A stretch of 64,000 bases of DNA from an uncultured Bacilli bacterium (GCA_944375905.1 CALWAS010000009.1:64078-128077), one strand, 5' to 3'; positions 36,269-47,700 are shown, counted from the first letter of the stretch. Translations and numbers: made by a program. The notes: a model not told the origin generated them from the letters alone.

Positions 36269-38944
36269 TCAGTTTTCGACGAGGATGGCCGATAGCGGCG
36301 GGATCGAGGTCGCGGTCGCCCCGTTGTAGGAGGCGATGACCTTGCCCGTGAAGCCGGCCGAGAGGGTGAGAGTCGGCGAGAAGTTGACGACGATGTTGTA
36401 CTTCTTCCCGTCGAGTTCCCGTTCGACGTTGTGGACGAAGTTGACGGCTTGGCCGTTCACTTCCCAGCCCTGGGGCTCGTAGGAGCCGCGCTGGAGGGCG
36501 GGAATCGAGGCTTTAGCGTTCATGAAGGCCTTGATCGCGTCGAAGTGCGCGTTTCCGCCCTTGCTCGCTTCCTCGACCGAGACGACCTTCGAGGAGGCGT
36601 TGACCTCGTCCCAGTAGATCTCGCTCCCGCTTCCGGTGATCCCGAAGCCGGTCGTGAAGGAACCGTCCCCCACTTTCCCGTCCTGGACCCATTTCATCGG
36701 CTGGCGGTAGGCGAGGTCCGCGTAGGAGGACTCGGAGGTCTGGTCTTTCTTGAAGTTGCCGGTCATCCCGAGTTCGTCGCCATAGTAGAGCCAGCTGAGG
36801 CCCGGGAGGGTGAGAATGGCGATTTCGGCGCAGGTCGCCGAGGCGAGGAGCCTCTCGTAATTGGCCGCGGTGACGTTGCCCTGGGCCGAGATGCCGCTCG
36901 GCTCGGGGGTCCCGGCGATCCGGTTGATCATCCGGGCGATGTCGTGGTTCGAGGTGAAGCCGCCGTTTATGAAGCTGTACTCCTCGACGTTCGAGGCTTG
37001 CTTGCCCGTGCGGTAGGATTCGTCCGCGTCGAAGACGCTCTTGAGATTCCATCTCCCGCTATAGGGCATCGCCTCGGTCGAGCCGTAGAGTCCGCTCTCG
37101 GCCTCGTGGTCGGTGGTCAGCTCGCTAGCTGGGCTATAGACGGTTCCCATCTGGTTGCTTTGATAGCCGTTCCAGCTCTGGACGCTGCTCCAGCCGTTGT
37201 TGGCGAGGGCATTGGCGGCCGAGGAGGAGAAATTGAAGTAGCTATAGAAATCGAAGAGGGAATCGAAGGCTTCGTAATAGGGAGCGACGTGATAAGCGTG
37301 GCCGTCGAAGTTCTCCCCGACGAAGAAGGCATTCGGGTAATCCTCCTTGATCGAGCCGATGATGTCGCGCCAGAACTGGAGGTTCTTCGTTAGGTTGCTC
37401 GAGTAGTTGCCCGAGGCGCTGTTGTCGAGAACGACGGTATCGCCATCGTCATAAGCCACCTCGTCGTCGAGGAAGATGTGCTTCACCGCATCCATCCGGA
37501 AGCCGTCGACGCCCCTAGCGAGCCAGCTTTCGGCCATCGCCTCGATGGCAACGCGGGTCGGGACATAGGAATAGTTGAGTTCCGGCATCGAGGAGCCGAA
37601 CTTGGCGTAATAGCTATAGGGATGGTCGCCATACGGATACCAGAAATGGTCTTCGTCGATCCCTTCCTGTCTATTGTGGTTGCCCCACTGGTAGAAGCCG
37701 CGGTAGTTCTCGTCGAGCTGGGCACTGTCCACGAACCAAGCGTTGTTGGCCGAGGTGTGGTTGATGACGAGGTCCATCACGACCGCCATGCCCTTCGCAT
37801 GGGCCGCGGAAAGGAGATCGAGGTAGTCTTCCATCGCCGATTCCTCGCTCACTTCCCCGTTTTGGGCGTTCGGCGAAACCTTGGAGCCGAACTTCGGGTC
37901 GACCTTCGTGTAGTCGTTGATGTCGTAGCCGTGGTAGCTGTTGGAAAGCTGGATCGGGGTAAGCCAGAGCACCTCGACCCCGAGGTCCTTCAAATAGTCG
38001 AGCTTCTCGCTAATGCCGTAGATGTCGCCCATCCCATCCCCGTCGCTGTCGGCGAAGGAGGAAACCATGATCTGGTAGCCGGTACCGGCCCCGTCCTCGA
38101 GATAGCCCTTGCTCCCGGTCCCGTCGAGGAAGAGGGGCGAGGTGGCCTTGATTTCCTTTTCCTTGTCCCACTCGACGTTGTCGTAGGCCGGGTTGTCGTA
38201 GGTGACGTTGGTCCCGTCGTCGTCGGCAAACGGGTCCTCGATCGTCATCGCCGGGGTTGAGGTGACGCCGGAGACGCCCTGGTCTTGGAGGGCGAAGAGG
38301 TGATAGCAGCTCTCTCCGTTCCCGAGGTCCATCTTGAAGGGCTCGAGGGAAAGGTTCATGTCGCCGCCGTCGTTGATCCAGAAGCCGCTCGTCGAGGTGC
38401 GGGACGAGGTCTTGACGATTTGGAAGCCGGCCGAGGAGACATAGCCGCCTTTCGCGCTTATGAAGGAAGAGGGCGTCCCGCCCATCGTCTTCGATTCGTC
38501 GTCCCAGCCGCCGTCGTAGGTCTTGTTCAGGTCAACGTCGATGTAGGCCCCGCCGAATTCATCGACGATCGCATCGCCGGTCGCCGCGTCGACGCGATTG
38601 GCCGGGCTCGTCCGCCCGGCCCAGTCGAAGCGGCTGCCTTCCCCGTTCCGGGGCCACACCCAGACGTCATAGTCGGCGTAGCTACCCGGGGCGTTGTCGT
38701 AACGGAGGTAATGGAAGTAAAGGTGGCCGTTCTCGCTCGTTTCCTTAAGCGAGTCCATGTAGGCCTCGACGGCCGCGGGGTCGTGTCCGACGAAGCTCGA
38801 GCTCCCCTGCCCCTCGCTTGCGGAAGAGCCGCTCGAAGAGGAGCCGCCCGAGCTCGAGGTGATTTCGACCGGCGCGCACGAAGCGGCTAGGAAGGCCGTC
38901 CCGATGAGGGAGAGCCCGATCACGAATTTTCTCTTTTTCATCAT
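36269..38944 (-). CDS. Surface lipoprotein, GH13 alpha-glucan hydrolase with N-terminal pullulanase-associated/CBM-like domain
   Basis: 891 aa. Lipobox LAASC plus a Ser-rich tether. HLYFHYLRYDN...YDVWVWP resembles a CBM41/PUD repeat. GH13 regions: DGDGMGD, MDLVINHTS, GFRMDAVKH, FFVGENFD, TSNHDIARM. Confidence 0.8.
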   Translation of the reverse strand: MMKKRKFVIGLSLIGTAFLAASCAPVEITSSSGGSSSSGSSASEGQGSSSFVGHDPAAVEAYMDSLKETSENGHLYFHYLRYDNAPGSYADYDVWVWPRNGEGSRFDWAGRTSPANRVDAATGDAIVDEFGGAYIDVDLNKTYDGGWDDESKTMGGTPSSFISAKGGYVSSAGFQIVKTSSRTSTSGFWINDGGDMNLSLEPFKMDLGNGESCYHLFALQDQGVSGVTSTPAMTIEDPFADDDGTNVTYDNPAYDNVEWDKEKEIKATSPLFLDGTGSKGYLEDGAGTGYQIMVSSFADSDGDGMGDIYGISEKLDYLKDLGVEVLWLTPIQLSNSYHGYDINDYTKVDPKFGSKVSPNAQNGEVSEESAMEDYLDLLSAAHAKGMAVVMDLVINHTSANNAWFVDSAQLDENYRGFYQWGNHNRQEGIDEDHFWYPYGDHPYSYYAKFGSSMPELNYSYVPTRVAIEAMAESWLARGVDGFRMDAVKHIFLDDEVAYDDGDTVVLDNSASGNYSSNLTKNLQFWRDIIGSIKEDYPNAFFVGENFDGHAYHVAPYYEAFDSLFDFYSYFNFSSSAANALANNGWSSVQSWNGYQSNQMGTVYSPASELTTDHEAESGLYGSTEAMPYSGRWNLKSVFDADESYRTGKQASNVEEYSFINGGFTSNHDIARMINRIAGTPEPSGISAQGNVTAANYERLLASATCAEIAILTLPGLSWLYYGDELGMTGNFKKDQTSESSYADLAYRQPMKWVQDGKVGDGSFTTGFGITGSGSEIYWDEVNASSKVVSVEEASKGGNAHFDAIKAFMNAKASIPALQRGSYEPQGWEVNGQAVNFVHNVERELDGKKYNIVVNFSPTLTLSAGFTGKVIASYNGATATSIPPLSAILVEN

Positions 38945-41900
38945 GCTTTCTCCAAAATGAGGAACTCGTATAGCCCAAGGCCGAGGAAGCCGCTCGTCGT
39001 GATGGTCTCGCCCGCCTTATGGTAGAGGGTCGAGGAATAGACGACCTTCACGCGGTTGCTCCCGAACGAGAGGGCCCTCATCGCGTCGCTCGGATCGCGT
39101 CCGGCGATGCAAACGTAGCGGTCGGCGCTTCCCTCTAGGCCATTGAAGTTGACGGCCGCGACGGTATGGACCGCGCCGCTATCCTGATAGTCCTCCCAGC
39201 GCGAAGTGGCGACGGGGGCGTATGTTTCCGGATCGTAGCCCCGGCCGAGATAACCGCCATCCATCCCCTCTTTGCGGAGGGCGCATACCTCCTTGTAGCG
39301 GTTGTAGTCGTCGAGGAAGGCGACCTTCCGGTCGTACTTATAGGAGTTGACCGCGTCGCCATAGGTGTAGGAATTCCGGATGAGGCGGGTGTTTTCGTCG
39401 ATGTCGACGGCATCGTTGCTCGCGGCGTTCTGGTCGACGAGGTCCCAATAGGGATCGTCCCGGTACATGAGCTTCTGGCGGAAGATCTCTTCGCCTCCGT
39501 GGATGAAGGCGGCGCCCTGCGAGTAGACGATGGCGCCGGTCACGGCGATCGTCGCGTCCCGGGCATCCTGGCTATCCTCGACCGAGGTCGTGCCAGAGCC
39601 TAGGCAGTAGTTCATCTGGTCGTAAAGGGTGTAGTTGTCGTGGCAAGAGGCGTAGTTGATCGTCTGGGTCGGATTGGCCCCGACCCCGTCGTTGGAGCCG
39701 AGGAAGTTGCCCATGACCCAGTTTCTCTTCTCGGCGGTGAGGTGCTCGCTCCCCTGGGAGATGAAGCCGTAGTCGGGAGCGGCTCCTTCCCATTGGGTAT
39801 TTCCCTTGAGGCCGTCGCGGCCGTGGTCGTTGAAGGCCCCGATGCCCCACGCGGAGTCCTCGAGCCCTTCGGCCCCGGCCCAAAGCTTGGAGTAGACATT
39901 GTTGGTGTTGGCCGGAATCGCATCGCTATTCTCGAAGCCGTTAGGCCCGCCAAAGGAGCCGTCCCAGCCCTCGCCATAGACGGCGATGGTCGGGTCGATT
40001 TCGTTTAAGGCGTTGCGGACGGCTTTCATCGTTTCGGTGTCAAGGCAGCCCATGAGGTCGAAGCGGAAGCCCTTGATCCCGTATTCGGAAGCCCAGAAGC
40101 TCACGCTATCGACGATGAAGTTGCGGACCATCGGCCGCTCGCTCGCCGTCACGTTGCCGGTTCCCGAGCCGTTGATGTAGGTTCCGTCCTCCGCGGTCCG
40201 GAAATAGTATTTCGGCATCACCTTCGTGAAGGAGGAACCGGAAATCGACGACGTGTGGTTGTAGACGACGTCCATGATGGTGCGGACGCCGCTGTCGGCC
40301 AAAGTCTTAACGAGGGTCATGAACTCGCCGATCTTGACCTTGCCGTCGCGGGGGTTGGTGCTGTAGGCCCCTTCCACCGCATTGAAGTTCTTGGGGTTGT
40401 AGCCCCAGTTGTAGTTGCCGTTGAATTCGCTTCCTTCATCGGCCCGTTCGTCGTTGTCCCCGTCGAAGACCGGGAGGAGCTGGATGGCGTTGACCCCGAG
40501 CTCGAGGATCGAGTCGAGGCCGGTCGAGACGGTGACGCCGCCTTCGGTGTAGGTGGTGCCGTGCTCGGCAAGGGCGAGGAAGGTGCCGCGCGGGTTGCCT
40601 TCGTTCGAGATCCAGGTATCGTCGGCGGTCACGTCGCGGACGTGCGTCTCGTAGATGAAGAGGTCGTTGAGCGAGGAGATGGCGGGAAGGGAGGCAATCG
40701 ACTCATCATAGCCTTCCGGCCGCTCTTCCTCGAAGGTCTTCTCGGTGACGACCATCGAGCGCTCCCCGTTGATGCCGGTGCTCTTGGCATAGGGATCGGA
40801 AGTTTCGATGGTTCCCTCGCTATTGGTGACCGAATAGGTGTAGTAGTCGCCCTCGAGGACTATTCCCCCGGCCGCCCGGATCTCATCTTCGGTGAGGGTC
40901 CAGACCCCGTGCTCGCCAAGCCGCATCTCGAAGGTCGAGTGGCTATTGAGCGAAGGCTGGTTGCCGCTGATCGAGAGAGACGAGGGGGTGCCGGTAATGT
41001 ATTGGAAGAGCTGCACCCGGTTGGCCGTCGGGGCCCAGAGGCGGAAGACGAGCTTCCCGTTCTCGTCCCGGGTGACGCCGAGGTCGTGGCCGGAATAGGT
41101 GTATTCCGAATTGAACTTCGGGTCGTCGTAAAGGGAAACGAAGCTCGCCGACTTGCTCTTGAGGTTCTCCGGGGCCGAGGCGAAGCTCGCCTCGATGAGG
41201 TAGCCGTGGCTCGGGATGGCGTCTTCGCTAAGGGAAATCGTAAACGAGTTGCTATTCGGGGAGCCGCTTGCGACGAGGTAGTCGTTCTTCGCGCGGCTTT
41301 GCTCCTCGCTCGAGAGGAGATAGTAGCTTTCCGGGAAGTCGTAAAGGGAATAGCTCTCGACCTTCCCGATTTCCTCTTCGCTCCGGCCATCTTGGGTGCC
41401 GGTTCCCTTTACCTCGATGGTCTTCCAATCGAGGAAGGAGGCGCTCGAGATCCGATCGCCGAGGGCGAGGGCCCGACTCGCGTAGGTCGATATCGAGAGG
41501 TCGCCGTTGTCGACGGCGTAGACGGTCATGAGCTGACGACCGTCTTCGTTCGTTTCGATGTTGTTTTGGAACTTGTTGAAAGGACAGATTATGTCGATCG
41601 ACTGCCCGCTCCAGGTCTGGGCTTCCTTCACGATGAAGCCGACGTAGCTATGGGCGACCCCGCTCCAAGGGGAGGCGGCGAGGTCGAAGTCGGCATAGAC
41701 GCCGAATTCGTCGGGGGCGGAGGCGTTCGCGAACTCAACTTCACCGAGGCTCGCGCCCTCGAAGCTGCTGCCCCAGATCCAAAGCCGCTTGGTCGCGTAA
41801 TTGCCGTCGTCGCGGTGATAGTAGATGCGAAGGATCCCGTCGAAGACGAAGTCCTCCCCGTAGTTTCCCTCCCCGTCACCGCCCTCGGCGCTCGAAGAGC

Positions 41901-42027
41901 CGAGGCTCGACTCTCCGGCCGATGAAGTAGATTGGCTCGCCGGAGGGGTGGCAGGCTCGCAAGAGGAAAGGCAAGGGACGAGGATGGCTGAGGCCAGAAT
42001 GAAGGCCGGAAGGATTCTTTTTTTCAT
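38941..42027 (-). CDS. pulA: Type I pullulanase lipoprotein (GH13 debranching enzyme)
   Basis: 1028 aa. Lipobox LSSC. Pullulanase signature YNWGYNPKNF, then MDVVYNHT, GFRFDLMG, YGEGWD, SCHDNYTLYD. N-terminal CBM-like repeats (LRIYYHRDDGNY...LWIWG). ATGA overlaps on both sides. Confidence 0.85.
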   Translation of the reverse strand: MKKRILPAFILASAILVPCLSSCEPATPPASQSTSSAGESSLGSSSAEGGDGEGNYGEDFVFDGILRIYYHRDDGNYATKRLWIWGSSFEGASLGEVEFANASAPDEFGVYADFDLAASPWSGVAHSYVGFIVKEAQTWSGQSIDIICPFNKFQNNIETNEDGRQLMTVYAVDNGDLSISTYASRALALGDRISSASFLDWKTIEVKGTGTQDGRSEEEIGKVESYSLYDFPESYYLLSSEEQSRAKNDYLVASGSPNSNSFTISLSEDAIPSHGYLIEASFASAPENLKSKSASFVSLYDDPKFNSEYTYSGHDLGVTRDENGKLVFRLWAPTANRVQLFQYITGTPSSLSISGNQPSLNSHSTFEMRLGEHGVWTLTEDEIRAAGGIVLEGDYYTYSVTNSEGTIETSDPYAKSTGINGERSMVVTEKTFEEERPEGYDESIASLPAISSLNDLFIYETHVRDVTADDTWISNEGNPRGTFLALAEHGTTYTEGGVTVSTGLDSILELGVNAIQLLPVFDGDNDERADEGSEFNGNYNWGYNPKNFNAVEGAYSTNPRDGKVKIGEFMTLVKTLADSGVRTIMDVVYNHTSSISGSSFTKVMPKYYFRTAEDGTYINGSGTGNVTASERPMVRNFIVDSVSFWASEYGIKGFRFDLMGCLDTETMKAVRNALNEIDPTIAVYGEGWDGSFGGPNGFENSDAIPANTNNVYSKLWAGAEGLEDSAWGIGAFNDHGRDGLKGNTQWEGAAPDYGFISQGSEHLTAEKRNWVMGNFLGSNDGVGANPTQTINYASCHDNYTLYDQMNYCLGSGTTSVEDSQDARDATIAVTGAIVYSQGAAFIHGGEEIFRQKLMYRDDPYWDLVDQNAASNDAVDIDENTRLIRNSYTYGDAVNSYKYDRKVAFLDDYNRYKEVCALRKEGMDGGYLGRGYDPETYAPVATSRWEDYQDSGAVHTVAAVNFNGLEGSADRYVCIAGRDPSDAMRALSFGSNRVKVVYSSTLYHKAGETITTSGFLGLGLYEFLILEKA

Positions 42028-43613
42028 GATTGCTTCTCCAGAAGGGTGGCCGAGTATCCCCCGGCCTTGAGGGTCGTTCCCTCGACCTCGCTCTTCGTCC
42101 CGTCGGGACAGACGGAGTCGAGGAGCTCGTAGTCATCGCCGAGCTCGATTTGACCGGAGGTCGTGAGATTGAAGACGAGGGCGTATTCGGAGCCTCCCTC
42201 GCTAATGAGGAAGGAGACTTCCTTTTCCCCGTCGAAGGAGGCCTCTAGGAATTCCCCGAATTCGAAGAGGTCGTTATAGGCGTTCCGGAGGTTGATCGAA
42301 CGCCGGTAATGGGAGAGGAGGCTCGAGGGATTCTTCAGTTCGTCGAGGGCGCCTGGGGTATCCCCGTTCGTGTCCTTTCCCCCGTCGGGGGTATCGCACT
42401 TTTCGACTCCCCCGCCCCAGACGAAGCCTTGCCTCCGGAGGCGGTCGTTTTCGCTATTGTCGTCGCTCCGGCGTCCAGTCATCTTGATTTCCTCGCCATA
42501 GTAGATCCACGGCGTGCCGGGACTGAGGATGTTCATCGTCGCGGCAAGCTTCATCCGGCTTTCGCCGTCGTCGACCGCGTTGAAGTAGGTTGCCCAGCGA
42601 TCCTCGTCGTGATTGGAAATGAAGAAGGCGGTAAGACCCCGCTTCCCGCTTTGCTCATAGAAAGAGGAAGAGGCCTCCTCCACCGCCTCGCCATAGTAGC
42701 TCCAGCGGGTGCCGGGCGTGCAGGCGGCGACGGTCGAAAGGTTGCCTTTGCCATCCGCGGCGCAGGCGGTCGGGAAATTGAAGAAGCGGATGCCGCTCGC
42801 GGCATAGGAAGAGAGGGCGGCTTGGCTATCGATCCACGCCTCGCCGACGATGTAAACGTCATCCTTGATCTGCTCGCAAGTCTCGCGGAGGAAGGTGAGG
42901 AACTCGACGTTCTTCGCGGTGTCGTTATCGTAGTAATAGGTCGTCGCGTCGAGCCGGAAGCCGTCGACGTCGTGCTCGTTGAGCCAGAAAGAGGCGATTT
43001 TCCCGATTTCCGCGCGAACGGCCGAAGAATCGAGGTTCAGTTCCGGCATGTCGGTCGAGAAGGCGCAGCGGTAGGCGGCTTTCGCGAGCGGCGAATAGCT
43101 CCACCCGCTTCCGCTTCCCTGCTCGGCCCACTCGTACCAATCGGCTTTCGAGTCGGCACCCGTCTTCCCTTCGCCCCGGTCACGGGCGCTTTGCTCGAAC
43201 CAAGGGTTCTCGTCGCTCGTGTGGTTGAGCACGAGGTCGAGGACGACGTCGATGCCCGCCTCATGGAGGGCGCTTACCATGCTGTCGAAATCTTCGAGGG
43301 TCCCGTAGTCTTCGTCGACGGCATAATAGTCGACGACGTCGTACTTGTGATAGCTCGGCGAGGGGTGGATCGGGCTAAGCCATACCCGGCGGATGCCGAG
43401 TTCGCTTAGATACGAGACCCTGTTCTCGATGCCGCGGAAATCGCCGATTCCGTCCCCGTCCGAGTCGCTGAAGCTCGGCACGAATATCTCGTAGCCGACC
43501 GATCCCTTCGAGGAATCGGCCTCGACGAAGTCGTAGGGGGAGGCGGGTTCGCAGGAAGCGAGGGCGGCCATCACGGCCGGAAGGAAGGCAATCGTCAGTA
43601 GCCCTTTCTTCAT
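42024..43613 (-). CDS. GH13 alpha-amylase-family lipoprotein
   Basis: I take ATG 43613 (MKKGLLTIAFLPAVMAALASC), which has AAAGGAG upstream. Motifs: DSDGDGIGDFRGI, DLVLNHTS, GFRLDATTY, IVGEAW, SNHDEDR. Confidence 0.8.
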   Translation of the reverse strand: MKKGLLTIAFLPAVMAALASCEPASPYDFVEADSSKGSVGYEIFVPSFSDSDGDGIGDFRGIENRVSYLSELGIRRVWLSPIHPSPSYHKYDVVDYYAVDEDYGTLEDFDSMVSALHEAGIDVVLDLVLNHTSDENPWFEQSARDRGEGKTGADSKADWYEWAEQGSGSGWSYSPLAKAAYRCAFSTDMPELNLDSSAVRAEIGKIASFWLNEHDVDGFRLDATTYYYDNDTAKNVEFLTFLRETCEQIKDDVYIVGEAWIDSQAALSSYAASGIRFFNFPTACAADGKGNLSTVAACTPGTRWSYYGEAVEEASSSFYEQSGKRGLTAFFISNHDEDRWATYFNAVDDGESRMKLAATMNILSPGTPWIYYGEEIKMTGRRSDDNSENDRLRRQGFVWGGGVEKCDTPDGGKDTNGDTPGALDELKNPSSLLSHYRRSINLRNAYNDLFEFGEFLEASFDGEKEVSFLISEGGSEYALVFNLTTSGQIELGDDYELLDSVCPDGTKSEVEGTTLKAGGYSATLLEKQS

Positions 43614-43767
43614 TGATTCTCCTTTCCATGGGCGATTTGCGGGGCAAATCGACCCAAGTCGCCGCTTCGAGAAGCGGGACAAACGAGGCTTTGCAAAGAT
43701 GGTCCCCAAATAGAAGAAGAGGCCCCGGGCAGGACCCGGGGCTCTCCAAAGCAGGTTGGGGGAGGCT

Positions 43768-44703
43768 CTATCCCTTCACGGCGCCGCCGGTAACGCCGCT
43801 CACGTAGTACTTCTGCATGAAGACGAAGAGGATGGAGACCGGGATGGCGATGAAGACGGCCGCCGCGCAGAAGCTTCCCCAATAGTCGGTAGCTTCCGAG
43901 GTGCCGTCGGTACCGATCGCCATCTTGTAGAGTTCCACCGCCACGGTCATCATCGACGAGTCGTTGCGGATGATGAAGCTCGAGGTGATGTATTCGCCCC
44001 AGGGGCCCATGAAAGCCGTGAGGGCCGTGTAGACGATGATCGGTTTCGAAAGAGGGAGCGTGATCTTGTAGAAGATCTGGAAGCGGCTCGCCCCGTCGAT
44101 CATGGCCGCCTCGTCGATTTGCTTCGAAATCGTGTCGAAGAAGCCCTTGGAGATGTAGTAGCCGGCTCCGGCTCCGGCGCTATAGAGGAAGATGAGGGTC
44201 CATAACCCCATCGGGATGCCGAGATCGGTCTCGATGAGGCGGAAGAGCCAGTACATGATGATGAGGGAGAGGAAGCCCGGGAACATGCCCATCACGAGGC
44301 AGATCTTCATGATGATCGTCCTTCCGCGGAAGCGAAGCCGGGAAAGGGCGTAGCTCGTCATGAGGGTGAGTAGCGTCGCGAAGATCATCGTCCCGAAGGC
44401 GACGATGAGGGTGTTGAAGAAGCTTCCGATCACGATCGTGCCATCCCTTTCGACATCGAAGAAGATGACGTGGTTCATGTAGTTGCTCGCCCAGCCGCCG
44501 GTCGACCAGCGCTGGTTGGTGAAGATGGCGATGTAGTTCTCGAAGCCGAGCGATTTCGGGATGAAGCGGGATTGCGAGAGCGATCCGCCCTCGTTCGAGA
44601 AGGACTGGAGGACCAGCCAAAGGATCGGAAGGAGCCAAATGACGGCCATCACCGTGAGGATGACGTAGATGACGACGTCACCCGTGATACGACGTGCTTT
44701 CAT
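43768..44703 (-). CDS. malG: Sugar ABC transporter permease (MalG type)
   Basis: 311 aa, about 6 TM segments. EAA loop IDEAAMIDGASRFQIFYKITLPLSKP. Its start overlaps the malF-like stop by 1 nt. Confidence 0.85.
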   Translation of the reverse strand: MKARRITGDVVIYVILTVMAVIWLLPILWLVLQSFSNEGGSLSQSRFIPKSLGFENYIAIFTNQRWSTGGWASNYMNHVIFFDVERDGTIVIGSFFNTLIVAFGTMIFATLLTLMTSYALSRLRFRGRTIIMKICLVMGMFPGFLSLIIMYWLFRLIETDLGIPMGLWTLIFLYSAGAGAGYYISKGFFDTISKQIDEAAMIDGASRFQIFYKITLPLSKPIIVYTALTAFMGPWGEYITSSFIIRNDSSMMTVAVELYKMAIGTDGTSEATDYWGSFCAAAVFIAIPVSILFVFMQKYYVSGVTGGAVKG

Positions 44704-47700
44704 TATTGGAATTCCTCCTCGTTTTTGACCGAGCCCATCCGCTTGTAGGCAATGATGGAGAAGAAGCCGCAGATGGCGAAGATGATGCAGCCCATGACCG
44801 AGGCCTCGTTATATGAAGCTTGGTTGCCAGTCGAGAGCTTGTAGATCCAGGTAATGAGGAGGGAGGTGTTGCCGGCCTTGTAGTAGAGGCCCGGCGTCGT
44901 TTCGGCGCCGCCTCCGGTAAGGAAGTAGATGACGTTGAAGTTGTTGATGTTGCCGATGAAGGAAGTAAGCAGCGAGGGTCCGGTCACGAATAGGATGTAA
45001 GGCATCGTGATCGACCAGAACTGACGCCACTTGCTGGCCCCGTCGATTTGCGAGGATTCGTAGAGATCGTCGGGGATGTTCATGAGAATGCCCGAAGTCG
45101 AGAGCATCGTGTAGGGAATGCCGACCCAAATGTTGACGAGGACGATCGTCACCTTCGCCCAGAAAGCCCGGGTGAAGGCGAGGACGAACGGATTGGTCCC
45201 GTCGTAGGGAAGCGAGCCTTGGTTCGCGAGGTCGCCGAGGAAGGGGAACGGCTTCGGATCGCCGTTGGCATAGGTGAAGCCGAGGGCCGGCGCCACCCCA
45301 TCCGTGTACCATCCTTGGGTCAAGAGCCACGTATTGACGGGGCCGCTGCTACCGAGGATGTTCCTCATGCAGAGGAGGGTGATGAACTGCGGAATCGCGA
45401 TCGTCACGACGAAGAGGGTCCTCCACATCTTCTTCAGCTTGATGCCCTTGCGGTTGATCATGAGGGCGACGATGATGCCGAAGATGTAGTTGAGGAAGGT
45501 GGCGAGCACCGCCCAAACGAGGGTCCACACCAATAGTTCGAGGAAGGTCGGTAGGAAGAGCGGATCCCCACCGCCGAGGCCGAATAGCGACGCCCAGGCC
45601 GAGGGATTCCATACGAAGTGCCGGTTGGCATAGGTGTACCGGTCCCAGTTGGTGAAGGCGATGAGCATCGAGAAGATGAGCGGGACGATGCTCACGACGA
45701 GGCTTCCGAGGACCGGGAGGGCCAAGACGGTGACGGCGAAGCGCTCGTCGAGGTAGGTCTTCATCTTCTTCGAGAAGCGCATGAGCTGCCCGTGGAAGTC
45801 CTCTTGGGCAAGGGTCGCATAGGTCTCGGCTTCCTTGCCTTTCATCGCCATGATGCGTTCGAAACTCGGGGCATCCTTTCCCTTGCGGTCCTCCTTGAGG
45901 GCCCAAAGGTAATCGCGCACGACCTCATCGAGATCGAAATCGGTCAGGTTCGGGTAGTCCTTCTCGATGGCCGAGAGGAGGGCATTGCGCCCCGCTTTCG
46001 CCGCCGCAAGGTACTCGGACGGGCGGGAATAGATCTCCGCCTTGGCAAGGGCCGAAGCCTTGCGGTCCGCGTTTTCCTTCTCAAAGGCGGAAAGGGCATT
46101 GCGATAGGATTCGAGGAATAGGGCAAGCCCGTCGAGGGTCGATTTGCCCGCAAGGGCGAATTTGTTCACCTTCCCCGACTTGGTAAAGGAAGGAAGCTTG
46201 TTGGCCGGGGCTGGCTTGCTGCCCATCTTCTTGGCGAGGAGGTACATCCGGGCCACGTTGACGGCGATCTTGTAGTCGCAGCCGAAGAGGCCGACGATCC
46301 GGCTCGCGATGAGCTTGGGCGAGGTCTCGTTCTCGGAAGCATGCTTCTTCGCGTATTCGCGGGCCCGCCCCTCGTAATATTCGAGGTAGACCTTGAGGAC
46401 GGCGTCGAAGTCCATCCCATAAAGGCCGGCTTTGTCTATTTTTCCGTCTTTTAGGGGCTCGTGTCCCGGGACCTTGGCCTTCTTCGATGCCTCATTGGCG
46501 ACGTAGAAGATCTCGCTTAGGGCCGCGCAGAGTTTCCCATCCATCGCGAGGCGCTCGTTCATCGTCGCCTGGATGTCCTTTTTCTTGCGCGAAACGCCAA
46601 TGAGTTCTTCCGGGAAGGCGGCGCGAATGTACTTGCTCGGATCGCGGAGGGCATAGACGAGAGGCATGTCGGGCCCGCCTTTGGCATCGAGCCCGCCCTT
46701 TTGGGAGATCGGATCGCGGCTATAGACGCAATCCTCGATGGCCTTCGGCTGCTCAAGGACCGAGATGTAGGACTTCAACGTCCTCTCCCGGGAATGGAAA
46801 TCGTTGTACTTGTCGTAGGTGTGGATGAAGGAAAGGTAGCGCCGATTGGCGAGATCGCGGACCGAGGAGTAGCCCCGGGTCGACTTCCTTTCGATCAAGT
46901 CCCACTCGAGGAAGTGGGCGAAAAGGTCGCCGAGTCCCTTGAGGCGGATCTTCTTCCGCAAATCGTCGTAGAAGGAATAGACCTTGGCCCGCGCTTTGTC
47001 GTAATAACGCACCGCCTCATCGAATAAAGCCTCGATGCCATGGGGTTTCGGATCGAGACGGTTCCACGGAAGATAGGAGGCATAGCGGGCAGCGAGGCGC
47101 GAGAAGCCATGGTTTCTCATGAGGACCTCGCGGCGGCCACGGGCCGTCTTGCACTCCCTCACGTCTTGGAAGGAAGCGTTGTTCTCGATGGCATATAGGG
47201 CCCGGGCGTTGGCATCCTTGAAGGCGATCTCGTTATGGATGACATAGATGTCATGGACGCTTTTGAGATAGATCGAATAAACGATCACGAAAGCGATTAT
47301 CACGATGACCGAAAGGATACCTTGGATAAGGGGAACCTGGTTGCCTTGGTTCGTGAATTCCTCGCTTACCTGCTCGCTCAGCGAGAGATTGGCGATGGAT
47401 GTCCAGCCGACGAGGGCGAACCAGAGGATGAAGATTATCTCGATGGCAAGGTAGATGATCCCGTCGATGTAGAGCTTGCGCTTGAAGTGGGAAAGCCCCA
47501 TCGCGAAATAGGAAGCCTTCCCATAGCCGTCGATCTCATAGAAATTTCGATGCGCGGTCCGGAAGGCCTTTCCGACGCCGACGATTGCTTTGTAAATCCC
47601 GAAAAAGAGGCCGAAGACGATCGTGAAGACGCCTTTTATAGCATCGAAGAGGAATCCGAGGATGCCGACCGCCAACTTGGCGAGAAAACGGCCGAAACTG

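Noticed and set aside
43614-43767. Palindromes between malG and the GH13 gene as operators: CTTTGCAAAG, CCGCTTC-TC-GAAGCGG and CGATTTGC-CCC-GCAAATCG.
   Set aside because: None matches the TGNAANCGNTTNCA pattern of the other three sites. Together with the GCCCCGGG/CCCGGGGC hairpin at 43722..43742 they may be attenuating or mRNA-processing structures. I have no basis for a specific call.
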